Source: Giardia intestinalis (lineage: Eukaryota). Taken from it: DNA of 64,000 bases. Under the pieces are notes generated by a model. The model ran no database searches. It had not been told where the DNA came from and saw nothing but the letters and a program-made list of their open reading frames with translations. Made by a program: the position numbers and the translations under genes. Positions 9,221 through 19,490 of this stretch are shown here, piece by piece; the first letter of the stretch is position 1; every line of letters begins with the position of its first letter. Where the stretch lies: assembly GCA_000002435.2 (NCBI GenBank), contig CM018792.1; one strand, 5' to 3'.

Positions 9221-10990
9221 TGGAGTGAGATATGCACACAGGCTAGTGATGGACTGTGCACTGCTTGTAAGGCAGCTAACCAGTACATATTCCAGAACAG
9301 GGCAGAGAGGGTGACCCCTGGTGGGGAGTGCATCCTCTGTCATGATGCCACGGGAGCGAATGAGAACAAAGGAGTGGCTAACTGCCTCAAGTGCACGGCA
9401 CCAGCTAATAGTCCAGGGGCTGCCACGTGTACTGAGTGCATGTCTGGCTTCTCAGGAGACTCGTGTGCTACTCAATGCGGAGGAGACTGTGCCGCCTGTG
9501 ATAAGAGTAACCAAAATCAGTGCACCTCTTGTAAGACTGGGAAGTACCTGAAAGAGAATCAATGTGTGGAAAAAAGTGCATGTAACAACAATCACTACCC
9601 CGATGACACTAGCATGACCTGCGTCGCCTGTAGCACCATACAAGATTGCACAGCATGCACAATGGACCAGTCCACGGGGAAGCCAAAGTGCACTAACTGC
9701 GGTGCCAGTAAGATCCCCAGGACGACTCTCGACGGAACCTCGACCTGCGTGACAAAAGGGTATGATCAGTGTCAAGGCACAGATAAGGAGCTGTTCATGA
9801 AGGAGGACCAATCGGCGTGCTTATTATGCGGAGACAATACTGAGGATACATCTGAGTCCAATAAAAACCAGGGAACTCCTAATTGCAAGACCTGTACCAA
9901 GACAGCATCCACTAAACCGGTCTGTGAGACGTGCAAGGATGGCTTCTTCTTTAATACTGGTGATAAGACATGTACAAACAAGTGCGATGCCACCTGCAAG
10001 ACGTGCTCTGCTGCTACAGATGCTAACCGATGCTTAACTTGTATGCCCGGATACTTCCCCATCGATAGTACAGATCAACAAGGGAAGAAGTGCGTCCCAT
10101 GCGATAGTGTGGACGACAAGGGTCGCGAAGGGTGCAGTGTCTGCTCTAACAATGGTGGATTCAAGTGTACTGAATGTAAGGTGAACTATAAGAAGCAGTC
10201 CAATGGAGATGCAGGGGATGACTATACATGTGTGAAGACTTGTGAAGACCCCACGGCTTGTGGTGGGACCTCTGGCGCCTGCGATGCTATAGTAATCGAC
10301 AATGATGGAGTAGAGCATCATTACTGTTCTTATTGTGGAAATCAAGGAGATGTACCAATCAATGGTATATGCACCAGCTCACTTGCAAGTAATACCTGCG
10401 CCGATGGTGTCTGCAAGTCTTGTGCTCAAGGGTACTTTATGTATATGGGAGGGTGCTATGATGTGTCGAAGGCTCCTGGTAGTCACATGTGCAAGAAAGC
10501 AGATAACAATGGGATATGCACAGAGGCGGCAAGTAATAGGTACTTCGTAGTCCCTGGGGCACAGACCACTGATCAGTCTGTATTAGCCTGTGGCAACCCC
10601 CTAGGCACACTAGTAGGCACTCAAGGTACCGCTAAGGCATACGTGGGGGTGGATGGCTGCTCACAGTGCACAGCCCCAGCAGGTCTGTCTGAGGGTGGCA
10701 TGACCCCCGCTGTCTGTACCTCCTGTGACAATAGTAAGAAGCCCAACAAGGATGGCAGCGGGTGTGTGCTGTGCTCTGACACCAACTGCAAGAGCTGTGT
10801 GATGGACGGTGTGTGTGGGGAGTGCAACAGTGGCTTCAGTCTAGACAATGGTAAGTGTGTGTCCTCTGGCGCCAACAGGAGCGGGCTCAGCACGGGCGCC
10901 ATCGCGGGGATCTCCGTGGCTGTCATCGCTGTCGTGGGGGGCCTCGTGGGCTTCCTCTGCTGGTGGTTCGTGTGCAGGGGGAAGGCGTGA
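9221..10990 (+). CDS. VSP-family 5'-truncated cassette (VSP-like frame opens at 9221 after the last in-frame junction stop; track ORF 9311..10990, 559 aa; no ATG or signal peptide at the 5' end)
   Basis: ICTQASDGLCTACKAANQYIFQN...TPGGECILCHDATGANENKG..., ends ...ISVAVIAVVGGLVGFLCWWFVCRGKA. Near-identical to 14762..16531. Confidence 0.75.
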   Translation, partial: WSEICTQASDGLCTACKAANQYIFQNRAERVTPGGECILCHDATGANENKGVANCLKCTAPANSPGAATCTECMSGFSGDSCATQCGGDCAACDKSNQNQCTSCKTGKYLKENQCVEKSACNNNHYPDDTSMTCVACSTIQDCTACTMDQSTGKPKCTNCGASKIPRTTLDGTSTCVTKGYDQCQGTDKELFMKEDQSACLLCGDNTEDTSESNKNQGTPNCKTCTKTASTKPVCETCKDGFFFNTGDKTCTNKCDATCKTCSAATDANRCLTCMPGYFPIDSTDQQGKKCVPCDSVDDKGREGCSVCSNNGGFKCTECKVNYKKQSNGDAGDDYTCVKTCEDPTACGGTSGACDAIVIDNDGVEHHYCSYCGNQGDVPINGICTSSLASNTCADGVCKSCAQGYFMYMGGCYDVSKAPGSHMCKKADNNGICTEAASNRYFVVPGAQTTDQSVLACGNPLGTLVGTQGTAKAYVGVDGCSQCTAPAGLSEGGMTPAVCTSCDNSKKPNKDGSGCVLCSDTNCKSCVMDGVCGECNSGFSLDNGKCVSSGANRSGLSTGAIAGISVAVIAVVGGLVGFLCWWFVCRGKA

Positions 10991-11059
10991 CTTGGGTAGT
11001 GAATGCTGTACAGTGGGTGATAATGGGTGATAGAAGGTGATAGAGGGTGATAATGGAGT

Positions 11060-12889
11060 GTGATATGTACAGCAGCCAGTGATGGAGTGTGCACTGCTTG
11101 TAACACAGCTAACCAGTACATATTCCAGAACAAGGCTACGACAGTGACCCCTGGTGGGGAGTGCATCCTCTGTCATGATGCCACGGGAGCGAATGAGAAC
11201 AAAGGAGTGGCTAACTGCCTCAAGTGCACGGAACCAAGTGGTAGTCCAGGAGCTGCCACGTGTACAGAGTGTCAAGCAGGGTACTATAAAGATGGTAACG
11301 GTGCATGTGTCAAATGTAATGAAGCTTGTCTGACTTGCAGCGGTGAGGGCGCAACTAAGTGCACCCTCTGTGCGGGCGAGAAGTATCTCGATGGGAATAA
11401 TTGTGTAGATGCTAGCAGTTGTAATGGAGATAAGTACCCCAACCCAAGCACTGGGAAGTGCACAGCTTGTAACGCTGGAGCAGATCAGGGGGGCATACCA
11501 GAGTGCACTGCTTGCACGTACAATGCAAAGCTACAGAAGCCGGTGTGCAGTGCCTGTAACGGTAAGAAGGTGAAGACAGAGCTGGATGGGACAACAACCT
11601 GTGTCGATGATGCTGGGTGCAAAAAAGACAGCACACACTTTGTTGACGATGATAATACTATGTGTGTTCTGTGCAGCGATACCAGCGGAAACGAGCCAAA
11701 TAAGAACAAGGGACTCAAAGGCTGTAAGGCATGTACTAAGCAGTCCAGTAGTCCCCCCACGTGTACCGGATGCTTACCCGGATATTACGATTCCGGCTCG
11801 TTTGTTTGTGAGCTCTGCACAGGGAACTGTGCCACCTGCGAAGGTGCTAATGCTAACCAGTGCCAAACCTGCAAGCCGGGATACTTCCTGAAAGGAGGCC
11901 AAGCACCTGCGGAGTGTGTCGCCTGTGATAGCACCGCCGATAACGGAGTCCCCGGCTGCGCAACATGCACCTTTGATACCATACTAACATGCGACTCCTG
12001 CAAGCCCGACTACAAGCTAACAGGGACTGGGTGTCAAAAGGTCTGTGAGGACACAACGGGGTGTGGTGGTACCTCTGGCGCTTGTGATGCCACAGTGATC
12101 GATGCTAATGGAAAGGAGCTTCACTACTGTTCCTATTGTGGAGAGAGTGGTAAGTATCCTATCGATGGGAAGTGTGTTGATAACGCTCAAAGTAATCAAT
12201 GCGCTGATGGTGTATGTACACAGTGTGCTCAAGGGTACTTTATGTACATGGGCGGGTGCTATAGCACTACCAATGCTCCTGGTAAGTCCATGTGCAAGAC
12301 AGCTGAAGGTGGCAAGTGCACAGCTGCTAATGAGAATAATAGGTACTTCGTAGTACCAGGGGCATCCAACACTGATCAGTCTGTACTAGCATGTGGTAAC
12401 CCATTAGGCACACTAGTAGGCACTAGTAATACTGCTAAGGCATACGTGGGGGTCGAGGGCTGCTCACAGTGTACGGCCCCAGCAGCTCTGTCTGATGGTG
12501 GTATGACTGCTGCTATATGCACTTCTTGTGACAATAGTAAGAAGCCCAACAAGGATGGCAGTGGGTGCTTCACATGTACCATCGATGGATGCTCGCACTG
12601 CAATAGAGACAACATGTGCGAGGCATGTAGTGATGGTAAGAAGGTGAGCCCTGGGAGGAAGTCATGCGTGGATGGCTGCCCCAGCAACTCCACTGATGAT
12701 AACTCTGTCTGTGTGTGCAACGATGGGTACAGCCCTGATGATGCTGGGGCCTCCTGTGTGTCCTCTGGCGCCAACAGGAGCGGGCTTTCCACGGGGGCCA
12801 TAGCGGGGATCTCCGTCGCTGTCATCGCTGTCGTGGGGGGCCTCGTGGGCTTCCTCTGCTGGTGGTTCATATGTAGAGGGAAGGCGTGA
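11060..12889 (+). CDS. VSP-family 5'-truncated cassette (609 aa; GTG alt-start in track, no ATG or signal peptide)
   Basis: VICTAASDGVCTACNTANQYIFQNKATTVTPGGECILCHDATG..., ends ...ISVAVIAVVGGLVGFLCWWFICRGKA. Same frame as the others. Confidence 0.75.
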   Translation: MICTAASDGVCTACNTANQYIFQNKATTVTPGGECILCHDATGANENKGVANCLKCTEPSGSPGAATCTECQAGYYKDGNGACVKCNEACLTCSGEGATKCTLCAGEKYLDGNNCVDASSCNGDKYPNPSTGKCTACNAGADQGGIPECTACTYNAKLQKPVCSACNGKKVKTELDGTTTCVDDAGCKKDSTHFVDDDNTMCVLCSDTSGNEPNKNKGLKGCKACTKQSSSPPTCTGCLPGYYDSGSFVCELCTGNCATCEGANANQCQTCKPGYFLKGGQAPAECVACDSTADNGVPGCATCTFDTILTCDSCKPDYKLTGTGCQKVCEDTTGCGGTSGACDATVIDANGKELHYCSYCGESGKYPIDGKCVDNAQSNQCADGVCTQCAQGYFMYMGGCYSTTNAPGKSMCKTAEGGKCTAANENNRYFVVPGASNTDQSVLACGNPLGTLVGTSNTAKAYVGVEGCSQCTAPAALSDGGMTAAICTSCDNSKKPNKDGSGCFTCTIDGCSHCNRDNMCEACSDGKKVSPGRKSCVDGCPSNSTDDNSVCVCNDGYSPDDAGASCVSSGANRSGLSTGAIAGISVAVIAVVGGLVGFLCWWFICRGKA

Positions 12890-12901
12890 CTTAGGTAGTG
12901 A

Positions 12902-14698
12902 ATGCTGTACAGTGATAGTGATAGTGATAGTGCTATGTGGTGTGGGGGTGATAGTGGTGGTGTGGGACTTTTCTTCATGGGCGGGTGCTACAAGACAGAG
13001 AGTCAGCCCGGCAGTGACATATGCACAGCAGCCAGTAATGGAGTATGCACTACTTGTAAGGCAGATAACGGCCTGTTCAAGAACCCAGTTACACCTCAGA
13101 AGCCTGGTAGTGAGTGCATCCTGTGCTCTGATACGACAGATAGAAACGGGGTCATGGGAGTCGCTGGATGCTCAGAATGCTCCCACACGGGCACTAGCGG
13201 ACCGGCCACGTGTACAGAGTGTCAAGCAGGGTTCGTTACGAAGGACAGTGCATGTGTGAAGTGCGGAGACGGCTGCTCTGCTTGCTCAGCTGATACTCCG
13301 ACTCAGTGTACCGCCTGCGTTGAGGGGAAGTACTTGAAGGGTGGTAACACTTGTGTAGATGCTGGTGGATGTGACAATGGTAACTATGCGGACAAGAAGA
13401 CCTGGACCTGTAAGGCCTGCAGTGAGATACAAGGATGCACCGCGTGTGCATACGACGACGCCACGGGAAAGCCGAAGTGCACCGACTGCGGTAGTAAGAC
13501 GGTCAGAGACGAGCTGGATGGGACAACGACCTGTGTTGATGAGGCCGAGTGCAAAGTGGGCAAGACGCACTTCTACGACGCCTCGAAGTGCGTGCAGTGC
13601 GGCGACAATGGTAAGGGCGGAGTCCAGAACTGCAAGCTGTGCACCGCAAAAGGCACCTGCGAGGCTTGTGTCGACGGGTATAAAGTCAACGGAAACGCCT
13701 GCGAGGCCTGCACAGGAAACTGCGCAGAGTGCGGAACAGCGGGTCAAATCAACACATGTACAAGATGCATGCCGGGGTACTTCCTTAAGGATGGCCCGCC
13801 TAAGACATGCGTTCTCTGTGATGACGAGACAAGTGGGATTCCAGGCTGTGCCGAGTGCACAGGCGGCGTGGGGTCCCTCAAATGCACTGAATGTAAGCCC
13901 AACTACAGACCCAGCGGAGAACCTAGCGACCTCACATGTACAAAGACCTGCGAGGATGAGACGGCGTGTGGGGGTACCTCTGGCGCTTGTGATGCCACAG
14001 TGATCGATGCTAATGGAAAGGAGCTTCATTACTGTTCATACTGTGGAGAGAGTGGTAAGTATCCTATCGATGGGAAGTGTGTTGATAATGCTCAAAGTAA
14101 TACTTGTAACAACCATGTATGTACATCATGTGCTCAAGGGTACTTCTTGTATATGGGAGGTTGTTACAAGGTTGATACAGTACCTGGCAACTATATGTGC
14201 AAGGCATCAAGTAAGGAGGGGATATGCACAGAGGCAGCCAACAATAGGTACTTCGTAGTCCCTGGGGCACAGACCACTGATCAGTCTGTACTAGCATGTG
14301 GTAACCCATTAGGCACACTAGTAGGCACTCAAGGTACCGCTAAGGCATACGTGGGGGTGGATGGCTGCTCACAGTGCACAGCCCCAGCAGGTCTGTCTGA
14401 GGGTGGCATGACCCCCGCTGTCTGTACCTCCTGTGACAATAGTAAGAAGCCCAACAAGGATGGCAGCGGGTGTGTGCTGTGCTCTGACACCAACTGCAAG
14501 AGCTGTGTGATGGACGGTGTGTGTGGGGAGTGCAACAGTGGCTTCAGTCTAGACAATGGTAAGTGTGTGTCCTCTGGCGCCAACAGGAGCGGGCTCAGCA
14601 CGGGCGCCATCGCGGGCATCTCCGTCGCCGTGGTCGTCGTCGTGGGGGGCCTCGTGGGCTTCCTCTGCTGGTGGTTCGTGTGCAGGGGGAAGGCGTGA
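12902..14698 (+). CDS. VSP-family 5'-truncated cassette (598 aa), a mosaic: 5' region equals unit 7337-9157, middle equals unit 11060-12889, 3' region equals units 9221-10990 and 14762-16531
   Basis: Its first about 80 aa and its junction are identical to unit 2. The block CEDETACGGTSGACDATVIDANGKELHYCSYCGESGKYPIDGKCVDNAQSN is shared with unit 4. The C-terminal about 130 aa are shared with units 3 and 6. CRGKA tail. Confidence 0.75.
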   Translation: MLYSDSDSDSAMWCGGDSGGVGLFFMGGCYKTESQPGSDICTAASNGVCTTCKADNGLFKNPVTPQKPGSECILCSDTTDRNGVMGVAGCSECSHTGTSGPATCTECQAGFVTKDSACVKCGDGCSACSADTPTQCTACVEGKYLKGGNTCVDAGGCDNGNYADKKTWTCKACSEIQGCTACAYDDATGKPKCTDCGSKTVRDELDGTTTCVDEAECKVGKTHFYDASKCVQCGDNGKGGVQNCKLCTAKGTCEACVDGYKVNGNACEACTGNCAECGTAGQINTCTRCMPGYFLKDGPPKTCVLCDDETSGIPGCAECTGGVGSLKCTECKPNYRPSGEPSDLTCTKTCEDETACGGTSGACDATVIDANGKELHYCSYCGESGKYPIDGKCVDNAQSNTCNNHVCTSCAQGYFLYMGGCYKVDTVPGNYMCKASSKEGICTEAANNRYFVVPGAQTTDQSVLACGNPLGTLVGTQGTAKAYVGVDGCSQCTAPAGLSEGGMTPAVCTSCDNSKKPNKDGSGCVLCSDTNCKSCVMDGVCGECNSGFSLDNGKCVSSGANRSGLSTGAIAGISVAVVVVVGGLVGFLCWWFVCRGKA

Positions 14699-14761
14699 CT
14701 TGGGTAGTGAATGCTGTACAGTGGGTGATAATGGGTGATAGAAGGTGATAGAGGGTGATAG

Positions 14762-16531
14762 TGGAGTGAGATATGCACACAGGCTAGTGATGGACTGTGC
14801 ACTGCTTGTAAGGCAGCTAACCAGTACATATTCCAGAACAAGGCTACGACAGTGACCCCTGGTGGGGAGTGCATACTGTGCCATGATGCCACGGGAGCGA
14901 ATGAGAACAAGGGAGTGGCTAATTGCCTCAAGTGCACGGCACCAGCTAATAGTCCAGGGGCTGCCACGTGTACTGAGTGCATGTCTGGCTTCTCAGGAGA
15001 CTCGTGTGCTACTCAATGCGGAGGAGACTGTGCCGCCTGTGATAAGAGTAACCAAAATCAGTGCACCTCTTGTAAGACTGGGAAGTACCTGAAAGAGAAT
15101 CAATGTGTGGAAAAAAGTGCATGTAACAACAATCACTACCCCGATGACACTAGCATGACCTGCGTCGCCTGTAGCACCATACAAGATTGCACAGCATGCA
15201 CAATGGACCAGTCCACGGGGAAGCCAAAGTGCACTAACTGCGGTGCCAGTAAGATCCCCAGGACGACTCTCGACGGAACCTCGACCTGCGTGACAAAAGG
15301 GTATGATCAGTGTCAAGGCACAGATAAGGAGCTGTTCATGAAGGAGGACCAATCGGCGTGCTTATTATGCGGAGACAATACTGAGGATACATCTGAGTCC
15401 AATAAAAACCAGGGAACTCCTAATTGCAAGACCTGTACCAAGACAGCATCCACTAAACCGGTCTGTGAGACGTGCAAGGATGGCTTCTTCTTTAATACTG
15501 GTGATAAGACATGTACAAACAAGTGCGATGCCACCTGCAAGACGTGCTCTGCTGCTACAGATGCTAACCGATGCTTAACTTGTATGCCCGGATACTTCCC
15601 CATCGATAGTACAGATCAACAAGGGAAGAAGTGCGTCCCATGCGATAGTGTGGACGACAAGGGTCGCGAAGGGTGCAGTGTCTGCTCTAACAATGGTGGA
15701 TTCAAGTGTACTGAATGTAAGGTGAACTATAAGAAGCAGTCCAATGGAGATGCAGGGGATGACTATACATGTGTGAAGACTTGTGAAGACCCCACGGCTT
15801 GTGGTGGGACCTCTGGCGCCTGCGATGCTATAGTAATCGACAATGATGGAGTAGAGCATCATTACTGTTCTTATTGTGGAAATCAAGGAGATGTACCAAT
15901 CAATGGTATATGCACCAGCTCACTTGCAAGTAATACCTGCGCCGATGGTGTCTGCAAGTCTTGTGCTCAAGGGTACTTTATGTATATGGGAGGGTGCTAT
16001 GATGTGTCGAAGGCTCCTGGTAGTCACATGTGCAAGAAAGCAGATAACAATGGGATATGCACAGAGGCGGCAAGTAATAGGTACTTCGTAGTCCCTGGGG
16101 CACAGACCACTGATCAGTCTGTATTAGCCTGTGGCAACCCCCTAGGCACACTAGTAGGCACTCAAGGTACCGCTAAGGCATACGTGGGGGTGGATGGCTG
16201 CTCACAGTGCACAGCCCCAGCAGGTCTGTCTGAGGGTGGCATGACCCCCGCTGTCTGTACCTCCTGTGACAATAGTAAGAAGCCCAACAAGGATGGCAGC
16301 GGGTGTGTGCTGTGCTCTGACACCAACTGCAAGAGCTGTGTGATGGACGGTGTGTGTGGGGAGTGCAACAGTGGCTTCAGTCTAGACAATGGTAAGTGTG
16401 TGTCCTCTGGCGCCAACAGGAGCGGGCTCAGCACGGGCGCCATCGCGGGGATCTCCGTGGCTGTCATCGCTGTCGTGGGGGGCCTCGTGGGCTTCCTCTG
16501 CTGGTGGTTCGTGTGTAGAGGGAAGGCGTAG
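14762..16531 (+). CDS. VSP-family 5'-truncated cassette, near-identical duplicate of 9221..10990 (track ORF 14852..16531 encodes the identical 559-aa product); terminal unit of the array
   Basis: ORF-track proteins for 9311..10990 and 14852..16531 are identical. Ends CRGKA + TAG, then AGTAAAT polyA signal (16544..16550). No further junction follows. Confidence 0.75.
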   Translation, partial: WSEICTQASDGLCTACKAANQYIFQNKATTVTPGGECILCHDATGANENKGVANCLKCTAPANSPGAATCTECMSGFSGDSCATQCGGDCAACDKSNQNQCTSCKTGKYLKENQCVEKSACNNNHYPDDTSMTCVACSTIQDCTACTMDQSTGKPKCTNCGASKIPRTTLDGTSTCVTKGYDQCQGTDKELFMKEDQSACLLCGDNTEDTSESNKNQGTPNCKTCTKTASTKPVCETCKDGFFFNTGDKTCTNKCDATCKTCSAATDANRCLTCMPGYFPIDSTDQQGKKCVPCDSVDDKGREGCSVCSNNGGFKCTECKVNYKKQSNGDAGDDYTCVKTCEDPTACGGTSGACDAIVIDNDGVEHHYCSYCGNQGDVPINGICTSSLASNTCADGVCKSCAQGYFMYMGGCYDVSKAPGSHMCKKADNNGICTEAASNRYFVVPGAQTTDQSVLACGNPLGTLVGTQGTAKAYVGVDGCSQCTAPAGLSEGGMTPAVCTSCDNSKKPNKDGSGCVLCSDTNCKSCVMDGVCGECNSGFSLDNGKCVSSGANRSGLSTGAIAGISVAVIAVVGGLVGFLCWWFVCRGKA

Positions 16532-16718
16532 ATGTACTTAGGTAGTAAATGCGTCGACCGTGTTCAAGCTGTCAGGTGTTGTGGCATATACTTGTGAAGC
16601 TCGTCTGGTACTGGGATTTATAGACTTCCATCTAATTACCACGAACAGATAAATTTCTAAAAAACTCGCCGCTTGGGACTTCGAGGCTTTTATTAGTTAG
16701 CTTAGGCATTTCTAGGCA

Positions 16719-17813
16719 ATGGTCAAGATAGCAAGTTGCAATATCAACTACTGGCACGATTACCGTGGAATATATGTCGGAGAGCAGATCGTCTCGTTTC
16801 TTTCGTCTGCTGTTTCCTCTACGGATGTGCTGTGCCTTCAGAATGTATCATATACGCAGCGGTACCTTTCTACTGTGCCAGCGCACTTCAGAGAGGTTCA
16901 GCTTTGCTGCTCTCACTTTCATGGAGCAATGGTGGTGAAAGCAGACTGCTCATCTATATCTAACTTTGTCTCGTCTTTAAAGCAACACCTTGGCCTCCCA
17001 TTAACAGCAGTCATCTCTATTTGTTCAGAAGATAAGAAGTTTGTCATTCCAGGTACCCTTTCTCCTGAGAGTCAACAAACACCTGTTCCAGAGTTGTCCT
17101 CCATCCTTTTCATCACAATAGTGCATCCCGGATCATGGGCCGGTGCAGCCTCAATTCATACTAGCAGTGCCCTCAATGCCTTAATAGAAGAGCTTAAAAT
17201 GCCCAATATCTTCTGCTTTCCTGTGGGGACCAATTCAATGGGGACCGTGCTTCTATCGAGGTTCCCAGTAATGAGTATTACCATCCAGAATCTCTTTGTA
17301 ACCCCTAGTCATCTTCTATCTGTCCCCGTAGTAACTATACAGACTCCAGACAGTGTTCAGTTTAACCTTTTCATTATCTCTCTCACCAGCGACCATGCCA
17401 CGCGACGCTTAGAATGTAACCAATTGCAACTCTTTCTACAGACATGCAAAGACTTTCAATCTTGCCCCACATTTCTATGTGGAGAATTCAATGCAATCAA
17501 TCGTAACGAGTACACCAAAACCCAATGGAATCATATCACAAAGCAACATATAGAGAACGGAAGCCCTTTTCTTGATGAGCCAATTTACGATGAGCTCCTT
17601 AAAGATGGGTTTATAGACGTGCTTTGGGGAGCTCCGTTGCAGCCGAAAAGTGGTGATATCTTTATCCATAGCGGGAAGAACAGAAGGACTCAGTATATCT
17701 TTACTTCTGCACGTCTTCATGGGTGCACATCTAGAGCTTTATTTAGTCATGACGCCACAACGAAGCTGGACTACATAACAGCCGATATACATATGTCCTT
17801 GAGAGCATGCTAA
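16719..17813 (+). CDS. Endonuclease/exonuclease/phosphatase (EEP)-family protein
   Basis: N-terminal VKIASCNINYWHD (like ...SWNINGL), VLCLQNV (like DIVCLQEV), LTSDHA (SDH motif), C-terminal TQYIFTS. AT-rich initiator ttttattagttag...ATG. Confidence 0.45.
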   Translation: MVKIASCNINYWHDYRGIYVGEQIVSFLSSAVSSTDVLCLQNVSYTQRYLSTVPAHFREVQLCCSHFHGAMVVKADCSSISNFVSSLKQHLGLPLTAVISICSEDKKFVIPGTLSPESQQTPVPELSSILFITIVHPGSWAGAASIHTSSALNALIEELKMPNIFCFPVGTNSMGTVLLSRFPVMSITIQNLFVTPSHLLSVPVVTIQTPDSVQFNLFIISLTSDHATRRLECNQLQLFLQTCKDFQSCPTFLCGEFNAINRNEYTKTQWNHITKQHIENGSPFLDEPIYDELLKDGFIDVLWGAPLQPKSGDIFIHSGKNRRTQYIFTSARLHGCTSRALFSHDATTKLDYITADIHMSLRAC

Positions 17814-19420
17814 TTTACAACGATAGTTACTAGTATTAACGCCAAACCGACGCAAACAGAGACTGCGATACTGGTAGAACTAGCGAATGCACTAGTAATG
17901 GTGGTACATTGTTCTGTCTTGTGGTCCCATGTACCTTTTTTGCAGAAGCATCCGACGCCTGATTTTCCTGTGGGCCACCTATTACCAGAGGGACACTGCT
18001 GACATGTGGATGTTCCCCCCTTGCTATAGCTGTTTCTCTGACACTGAATACATCCAGCATCTATATTGTCTGCATCTCTTAGAACAAAGCCTGGCGCGCA
18101 CTCACAGTATTCTTCCAAGCGAGCACCGTCGTGCACCGTTGTCTTATTGGGAGGACAGGGTACACATTCGACTTGGCCAACTTCTTCATTGTAGAATCCT
18201 ATAGGGCACGGGTCGCATTCGGATGCAGCAGTCTTATTTGAATACGTTCCTGCTTCACACGGCGCACATGTGCCAGAACTGGCTTGTCCACGCTCTCCCG
18301 GGCCGCAGATAGCACCAAAGGCGACTATGGGGCTAACTTCATCAATATATGGTTCAGAACTAGGCTCTGCCACTACTTGATCAGGGAACAGTGTTTCCAA
18401 GACACTGTATGAAAACAGCTCAACCCCACTATTAGAGATAGAGGTTACAACATCTCCATTGACACTGTTGTAGAACCCTGTATCAAGGCTAGACTCTCGG
18501 TTATATAATAGAATAGTCTTTATCACAGCAGCGCTGCCTTCAGTTCTATCCATGTGCTCATGTGCAGTTTCTACAAATTCTTCCAGCCACATGCTCTTTG
18601 CCTTCGTGCTGCTAACCATTTCCCCGTGCCCATCATCCACCATGCTTGAGGTTCCACCTATGAGCATGACAGGTTTCCCTGGAGCGAGACTAGACGCAAC
18701 CCCCATCCCTACCTGAATCGGCTCCCTTGGATCTACCCAGTTATGTATGTCATCGTTGATGAGCTGCAATGCTATCCAATTAACGTAAGATTCTCCCGGG
18801 AAATACTCAGACGGTGTATGGACAAGATTGGTAGTATCCAAAGCATACGGATTGCCCTCGACTGCCTTAAACTTTGTAATATCAATATTCCACCCCCAGA
18901 TAATCCTGTCTGCAACTCCAGCTGCCTTCCCTTTAAGGTGAAGCCTCTTGTAAACCCTGACATACAGCTCTGGGTCTTCCGACCAGTACACGCCATTTGA
19001 ATTGCAGGTTGTGCCAAAGAAGAGCACACAATAGGATTTCTGCACTGTTCCATTCAGTAGTGTGAAAAAAGCGTCAATTATGTCGTCATGCAATCCATCC
19101 TCTATTGCCTGCAATGTGTCCCGATACGTGTCACTTAGTAAGGGGTTCCAGTTGATAACAGGAATTGCGTTCACAGATACGATTGCATTGATCTCGTCTT
19201 CAACACTTTTTAACGTTGCACTGGTTGTGGTCCAAGCCACGTCCAATGCTCTAAATACAAGCCGCTTTCCCAAGAAAAGCTCAGTATCAAATGTCTCATT
19301 AATAGGAAACCACCCACTGACACTTCCCAACACTGCAGCGCCTGCAAAGACAGGATGGAAAAGCCAGACACATACAAAGGCGATGCTTAGAAGCATAGGT
19401 ACGTGGATGTTACTGTACAT
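17810..19420 (-). CDS. Type I membrane protein: N-terminal signal/TM, large ectodomain, Cys-rich ephrin-receptor/GCC2_GCC3-like repeats, C-terminal TM
   Basis: MLLSIAFVCVWLFHPVFAGAA leader; repeats CAPCEAGTYSNKT..CDPCPIGFYNEE..CVPCPPNKTT..CIQCQRNSYSKGG..CQQCPSGN; terminal hydrophobic VSVCVGLALILVTIVVN. Stop overlaps the convergent neighbour by 4 nt. Confidence 0.5.
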   Translation of the reverse strand: MYSNIHVPMLLSIAFVCVWLFHPVFAGAAVLGSVSGWFPINETFDTELFLGKRLVFRALDVAWTTTSATLKSVEDEINAIVSVNAIPVINWNPLLSDTYRDTLQAIEDGLHDDIIDAFFTLLNGTVQKSYCVLFFGTTCNSNGVYWSEDPELYVRVYKRLHLKGKAAGVADRIIWGWNIDITKFKAVEGNPYALDTTNLVHTPSEYFPGESYVNWIALQLINDDIHNWVDPREPIQVGMGVASSLAPGKPVMLIGGTSSMVDDGHGEMVSSTKAKSMWLEEFVETAHEHMDRTEGSAAVIKTILLYNRESSLDTGFYNSVNGDVVTSISNSGVELFSYSVLETLFPDQVVAEPSSEPYIDEVSPIVAFGAICGPGERGQASSGTCAPCEAGTYSNKTAASECDPCPIGFYNEEVGQVECVPCPPNKTTVHDGARLEEYCECAPGFVLRDADNIDAGCIQCQRNSYSKGGTSTCQQCPSGNRWPTGKSGVGCFCKKGTWDHKTEQCTTITSAFASSTSIAVSVCVGLALILVTIVVN

Positions 19421-19490
19421 GCTCCGCGTTTTACCTTTATTTTGGCTGATCTACAGCTCCATCACAAAGGACAGAAAGTTGTAAAAAAGA

